A stretch of DNA of 64,000 nucleotides from Candidatus Saccharimonadia bacterium. Its GTDB lineage: Bacteria > Patescibacteriota > Saccharimonadia > CAILAD01 > CAZGYV01. Below are positions 58,233-64,000 of this stretch, piece by piece. The DNA lies in contig JAYRII010000001.1 of the NCBI GenBank assembly GCA_041906885.1, positions 773 to 64,772 of the forward strand, read 5' to 3'. The stretch's first letter is position 1; every line of letters starts with the position of its first letter. Below the pieces are notes generated by a model. It had not been told where the DNA came from. It saw only the letters and a program-made list of their open reading frames with translations, and made no database searches. Both the position numbers and the translations under genes were made by a program.

Positions 58233-58747
58233 AAGCACCGGCTAGACCGTTATTACCGTCGGTAGAATATATTTTTGTCTCACCATAGCAAAGCCAGGTA
58301 GTACAAGGACATTTTTCCTCAAGTAGCAACGGCCAGGCCGAAGCTTTTATTTTCATTTGGGTATTATAATTTCTGGCTGTAGATATACTTGATATCCACA
58401 AATTGTCAGTCAAAATTACGTCTGGCTTACAGACCCTAGCAAGCTAGTATTTGCAAGTCAAAGCATAAAAAGTCAATCGGCTATTAGTACGCCTCGGCTA
58501 AACATGTTGCCATGCTTACACCTAGCGCCTATCAACGTCATCGTCTATAACGAGCCTAATGGGGAAATCTAATCTTGGAGGAGGCTTCGCGCTTATATGC
58601 TTTCAGCGCTTATCCCGTCCGAACTTAGCTACCCGGCAATGCCACTGGCATGACAACCGGTACACCAGAGGTTCGTCCACTCCGGTCCTCTCGTACTAGG
58701 AGCAGCTCTCCTCAAATTTCCTAACGCCCACACCAGATAGGGACCGA

Positions 58748-59522
58748 CAATCTGTTACTTTCACTATGTCAATATTCTTAATCTATTCATAGCTACTGAT
58801 CCCGATAAATCGAGACGGGTATATCTTTCGACATACCTCTTGCAGTCGCCTGCAAGTTCGGACTATATCTTATCTTGAAGCTTTTCAAGACTCTGACGTA
58901 TAGTCTCTGAGGGTTTTGGAAAGAGATTTTTTCGAAATTTACCATTTTGGTTCATCGAAAAAGCAATTGAAACTATTCTCTTCAGCCCTGACTCGGTTTT
59001 GTGTAGATCATGACTCATTAAAGCGACTACTTTTGCAAACTTTACAAAGTCAGTTAGCTTTTGAGTTCTCAAATGATATGTCTCAAAAAATGGTATCACT
59101 TTGTGCACTAGATCATTTCTTGATCTCACCACAAACACTACAGTCTGATCGCTTGGATTATTAGCGTGATTTGGTTTGATATAGCCACAGTTCAAGATGT
59201 CTCTCAACAATTCTAAAACAGATTTGCTTTGAATGTTTTGTGACACTTGAAACTCTGGCACTACCTGTAGACCAAGTTTCACACTTGGATTGCGTTGAAA
59301 AGCTATATGAAAGCTTCCTTCGCCATCCACAAACCCAGCGATATAGTTTCCTAAATCTCTATCCAATCTTCCCTGCTGATTGTCCGCACTCAGCGCATTT
59401 TCAGTCATAAATACATTATACCGTACATTATACGAATATACCAGATGACTAGCGTGAGATTCTTCAGTGATTTAACACACGGGGTTTCCAGCATATAGTC
59501 AGATTTAAAGACAGCAAGGTTT
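58748..59522 (-). mobile_element. group I intron in 23S at the L2593 site (GAGACAGT|TCGGTCC), carrying a LAGLIDADG ORF
   Basis: The exon junction restores E. coli GGACCGAACTGTCTC exactly. The 5' exon ends in U and the intron ends in G (omega-G). R-like (CCTCAGAGACTATAC) and S-like (AAGATATAGTCCG) core elements are present on the minus strand. Confidence 0.7.
58863..59408 (-). CDS. LAGLIDADG homing endonuclease (single-motif, I-CreI/I-CeuI-like)
   Basis: 181 aa. LAGFVDGEGSF is the LAGLIDADG motif, with a single copy implying a homodimeric enzyme. Encoded inside the L2593 intron. Confidence 0.85.
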   Translation of the reverse strand: MTENALSADNQQGRLDRDLGNYIAGFVDGEGSFHIAFQRNPSVKLGLQVVPEFQVSQNIQSKSVLELLRDILNCGYIKPNHANNPSDQTVVFVVRSRNDLVHKVIPFFETYHLRTQKLTDFVKFAKVVALMSHDLHKTESGLKRIVSIAFSMNQNGKFRKNLFPKPSETIRQSLEKLQDKI

Positions 59523-59566
<44 letters not shown>

Positions 59567-59602
59567 TGGCGAACAGCCAAACCCTTGGAAGGTGCTTCCC
59601 CT

Positions 59603-59637
<35 letters not shown>

Positions 59638-59669
59638 AGCGCCGTCTATGTGAACTATTGGGCGCTATA

Positions 59670-59706
<37 letters not shown>

Positions 59707-60299
59707 ACTGCCGATTCCACTTTCATATCCAGCCATTTCTAAGCAGAAATAGCTCACTCTGAAAAGTAAACCTTTAAAATCTCTCAATGGAAAATTGTGG
59801 ATGCTTTTTTTAAAGCGTGCATTTCTGATCCTCAGAAATGGCTGGAAGTTGCAGTGGGTCACTAGCTCCTACTTTCGTACCTGCTTGGCTTGTAGGCCTC
59901 GCAGTCAAGCTGGCTTATGCGCTTGCACTATCGGTTTGATTTCCATCCAAACCTAGCCAACCTTTGAACGCCTCCGTTACTCTTTGGGAGGCAACCGCCC
60001 CAGTTAAACTACCCACCAGACACTGTTCCTCGGCCAGATAATGGTCGAGGTTAGAATCAAACTTTAGCAAGGGTGGTATTTCACATTGCGACTCCACACC
60101 GGCTAGCGCCGATGCTTCAAAGTCTCCCACCTATTCTACACAAACTAAAACCAGACTCAATGCCAAGTTGTAGTAAAGCTCCACGGGGTCTATCCGTCTT
60201 GGTGCGGGTAAACGGCATCTTTACCGCTATTGCAATTTCACCGAGTCCCTCGTTGAGACAGTGCCCAAATCGTTACGCCATTCGTGCGGGTCGGAACTT

Positions 60300-60741
<442 letters not shown>

Positions 60742-62340
60742 TGGGGCTTCAGTTCAGAGCTTGCACTCATTCCCTTAACCTTCCAGCACTGGGCAGGCGT
60801 CAGTCCGTATACATCCACTTTCGTGTTAGCACAGACCTGTGTTTTTGATAAACAGTCGCTTGGGCTCTTTCGCTGCGGCCCCGACGCTCATCACCAATGA
60901 TGAGCTAAAAGTTCGGAGTCAAAAGCTAAAAGCTTTTCTCAAATTTTTTGTTTTCGTTGTTGAAACTCATGTCTTTTAGCTTACAGCTCCTTGCTCCTAG
61001 AAGCTCTTCACGAGTGAAGAGCGCCAGGGCAGACCTTATTCCGAAGTTACGGTCGCTGTATTGCCGAGTTCCTTAACGAGGGTTCTCTCGAGCACCTTGG
61101 TCTTCTCGACCCGAGCACCTGTGTCGGTTTGCGGTACGGGCGGCACTATCTATTAATCGATCACTTTTCTTGTCAGCTTGGCTCACTTGAATTCAGCCTG
61201 TTAAGGGCCGTTTCATTCACGTCTCACCCCAGCACCTTTCCAACGAATGAAATCACTTATAATTTACCAAATCCAAATAAATTTCAAATCTAGTAAATGT
61301 CATGATTCATTAGAAAAGTGCTGGGACTACCTGCTTAGACGGACATAACCAAAAGCCCGCTCAAGCTACCACGCCGCGTCATGATCGGGAAAAATAGTGC
61401 CGGTACAGGAATATCAACCTGTTGTCCATCGCCTACGCTACTCGCCTCGGCTTAGGCCCGACTAACCCTGGGATGATAAACGTTGCCCAGGAAACCTTGC
61501 TCTTACGGTGGGTAGGATTCTCACCTACCTTATAGTTACTCATTCCAGCATTCTCACTTCCTAAGTGCTCCACCAAACCTTCCGATTTGACTTCAGTGCA
61601 CTAGGAACGCTCCTCTACCACCCAGCACCTTTCAAAAGCACGAAAGCTTAATCTACTATCCATAATAGTCTAATCATGAAAACTAGAAAAAACTCACACC
61701 CTTGAAAGGTGCTGGGTCCGCATCTTCGGCACATAGCTTGAGCCCCGTTATATTTTCCGCGCAAGATCACAATTGACCAGTGAGCTGTTACGCACTCTTT
61801 AAATGCATGGCTGCTTCTAAGCCAACATCCTGGTTGTTTATGCAATCTCACCTCGTTTCCCACTTAGCTATGATTTAGGGGCCTTAGATGGCGGTCTGGG
61901 CTGTTACCCTTTCGAATATGGAGCTTAGCCCCCACATTCTAACTGCCGTAGTAATTGCTTCCGGTATTCGGAGTTTGATTGAGCGGGGTACCACAAGTGG
62001 CCCCCAACCCATTCAGTGCTCTACCCCCGGAAGGTAGTTTACGACGCTAGCCCTAAAGCTATTTCGAGGAGAACCAGCTATCTCCGAGCTCGATTGGAAT
62101 TTCTCCGCTAACCACAGCTCATCCAAGCCAATTGCAACTGACCCTGGTTCGGCCCTCCACCCCGTGTTACCGGGGCTTCAGCCTGGCCATGGTTAGGTCG
62201 CTCGGTTTCGGGTCTAATACATACAACTGTTGGTCGGGCAGTTAACCCTCGCTTTCACTACGGCTCCATCTTGAACAGACTTAACCTCGCTGTATACATT
62301 AACTCGCTGGATCGTTCTACAAAAAGCACGCCGTCACCTC

Positions 62341-62500
62341 TATGAGACAAAACCTACGGTTTTATCTGGACCCCTTCAAAATCTTGTGATTTTGCGGGGG
62401 ACCCCAGATTTCTCATCGCTCATCAGCTAAGCTGACCCTAAAGGGCAAGCTCGCTGCTCTTTTTCCCTTTTTTATAAGCACATAAGACCATAGACTTGGT
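62341..62500 (-). other. about 160-nt insertion in 23S domain II, homologous to the 3' end of the 60300..60686 intron (degenerate intron remnant?)
   Basis: Shares ATGAGACAAAACC-N3-GGTTTT..TCTCATCGCT...GCTGCTCTTTTTCC with the intron-2 terminus. It lacks the R/S core and replaces ~39 nt of the E. coli sequence. Confidence 0.35.
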
Positions 62501-62562
62501 CCCATAGGGGCTCCGACTCATTGTAAGCATATGATTTCAGGATTCTATTTCACTCCCCTTGC

Positions 62563-62596
<34 letters not shown>

Positions 62597-63921
62597 TCAC
62601 TATCGATCGTGCAGTGTATTTAGCCTTGGGAGGTGGTCCTCCCAGATTCAGACAGGGTTTCTCGTGTCCCGTCCTACTCGAGATTACAAACATAAAGACA
62701 AGAGGTTTTAATATACGCGACTTTCACGCTCTCTGGTGGTCCTTTCCAGGCGCCTTCTAATAACTTACTTGTTTTGTAACTTTATCCGCTCGATCCTATA
62801 ATCGTCGGAAACCGTAAAGTTTTAGCAACTGGGCGTGAGAAATTCTCATATCCAGATTGCTAAAATTTACAATTGTTTGTACCTCACAACCCCCATTCTT
62901 TTCTAAAATAGGACTCTTGATATAAAACCAAGAGAGAATTAGGTTTTGGCTGATCCCGTTTCGCTCGCCGCTACTTCGGGACTCACGGTTGTTTTCTTCT
63001 CCTCAGGGTACTAAGATGTTTCAGTTCCCCTGGTGCCCTCCGACTAGCCTATGTGTTCAACTAGTGGTGATGTGGCATTACCCACACCGGGTTTCCCCAT
63101 TCGGATATCCCCGGATCAAAGCTTGATTGGCAGCTCCCCGAGGCTTTTCGCTAGCCTTCCGCGTCCTTCTTCGGCACGTGCACGTCTAGGCATTCATCAT
63201 ATGCTCTTACGTAACTTTTTACTCGTAATATTTGACTGACAATTTGTAAACATCAAACTAGATTACTAGATCTGAAATTTAAAAAATCGTCATTTTTTAA
63301 TAATCTTTATCTTAAAAAAGATTATTCTCGTAAATTTTGCAATTATTTTACCCTATGAAATTTTCAACGAACAAAAATGGCCGCGGGTTCATCCGGCAAT
63401 TGCCGGAGAGGCGACCAAACATGAGTATGCAATCGAGAGCTGTTTAAGCCTTTGGCGCCTCCTTGGTGGATTGGTTACTCATGTTTGGTTACCGTTTAAC
63501 CTTAGTATGGTATCAATTTTCGAAGCTGTTGTAAAGAGTTAAGACAGAAATTGTTTTAGTAAGTTTTTGTAGCGCCGAACAGCCGCCCTTGAAGTTTCGG
63601 CGATGAAACTCCAAGAAGCGGTCATTCGGCAACGGATCTGGACTAGTGACAGTAAGGATGGCTTGATTCATGAGTAGGCGTGTGCCAGCAGCACAATGAT
63701 CAGCAGCGACACTACACCCATGATAATAATTCCCAAACAGCCGAGATGGCCACGCAGTAAAAATGCAATCACAAAAAAGACGATGAAGACCACTGGGATC
63801 ACTTCATACCACCTTCCTGGTAATGATCTATTGAAAATTTCAAACTCGTCGCAGGCATATCCTTCTGAGCTATCTTTTTTAAGATAGAGCAGACGGCTGG
63901 ATTATAGACTTACTTGGCCTA

Positions 63922-64000
63922 CTATGCAAGAGCTACGCGCAAATCGTCGTCGATATCGCCAGCTCCCATGAAGACAACTAGCGCGTCTGAACCAATCTGA
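63922..64000 (-). CDS. 3' end of a gene continuing beyond the window; Mur-ligase-like C-terminus (...ALVVFMGAGDIDDDLRVALA*)
   Basis: Open frame entering from the window edge with a TAG stop at 63922-63924. The MGAGDI tail resembles MurC-type ligases. Confidence 0.3.
   Translation of the reverse strand, partial: QIGSDALVVFMGAGDIDDDLRVALA

Noticed and set aside
63650-63890. Small ORFs in the rRNA leader: 63696..63887 (+), and a ~45-aa hydrophobic peptide on the minus strand (GTG start; ...VIPVVFIVFFVIAFLLRGHLGCLGIIIMGVVSLLIIVLLAHAYS)
   Set aside because: No ATG start, no SD, and they lie in the probable rRNA promoter/leader region. The hydrophobic composition is what AT-rich, T-rich DNA yields by chance. 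Not called.

Overview
This is a low-GC (~40%), compact, gene-dense bacterial window that is overwhelmingly housekeeping. Codon usage, Gram-positive-type envelope genes (LCP, two signal peptidase I copies, an LPXTG-like protein), two GT39 glycosyltransferases, an ftsA-ftsZ ... yggT-ileS division cluster and an intron-bearing 23S rRNA all fit a Candidate Phyla Radiation / Saccharibacteria-like genome (inference only).

Recognised genes include cysS, a DnaQ-like exonuclease, recR, ybaB, dnaB, dnaX, htrA, parAB, rplU, trxB, a thermonuclease, rodA/ftsW, ileS, nrdR, ftsZ, ftsA, map, adk, dgkA, ybeY, yqeY, rpsU, hisS, recJ, secDF, priA-def-fmt, rbfA-infB-ylxR-rpsA and a ROK kinase.

The last ~6 kb is a minus-strand 23S-5S rRNA operon. 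The 23S gene is split by two group I introns with canonical R/S core elements and omega-G. One sits at the L2593 site and encodes a single-motif LAGLIDADG homing endonuclease; the other sits at ~L1931 and has no ORF. The 23S also carries a degenerate intron-derived insertion and several inverted-repeat-bounded expansions.

The accessory-looking content is:
- a higher-GC three-gene cassette (3.3-4.3 kb) with its own promoter and terminator, starting with a DnaJ-type CxxCxGxG zinc-finger mini-protein;
- a small island of stress-type genes (ImmA/IrrE-like HExxH protein, KGG protein, PGPGW protein, two acidic unknowns) followed by ~750 bp of highly structured noncoding DNA with REP-like palindromic repeats;
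- a zinc-ribbon/TM/GspG-like pseudopilin fusion;
- a GNAT-GGDEF pair;
- a GT39-GT2-GT39-GtrA glycosylation cluster.

No CRISPR array or obvious defence genes are present.
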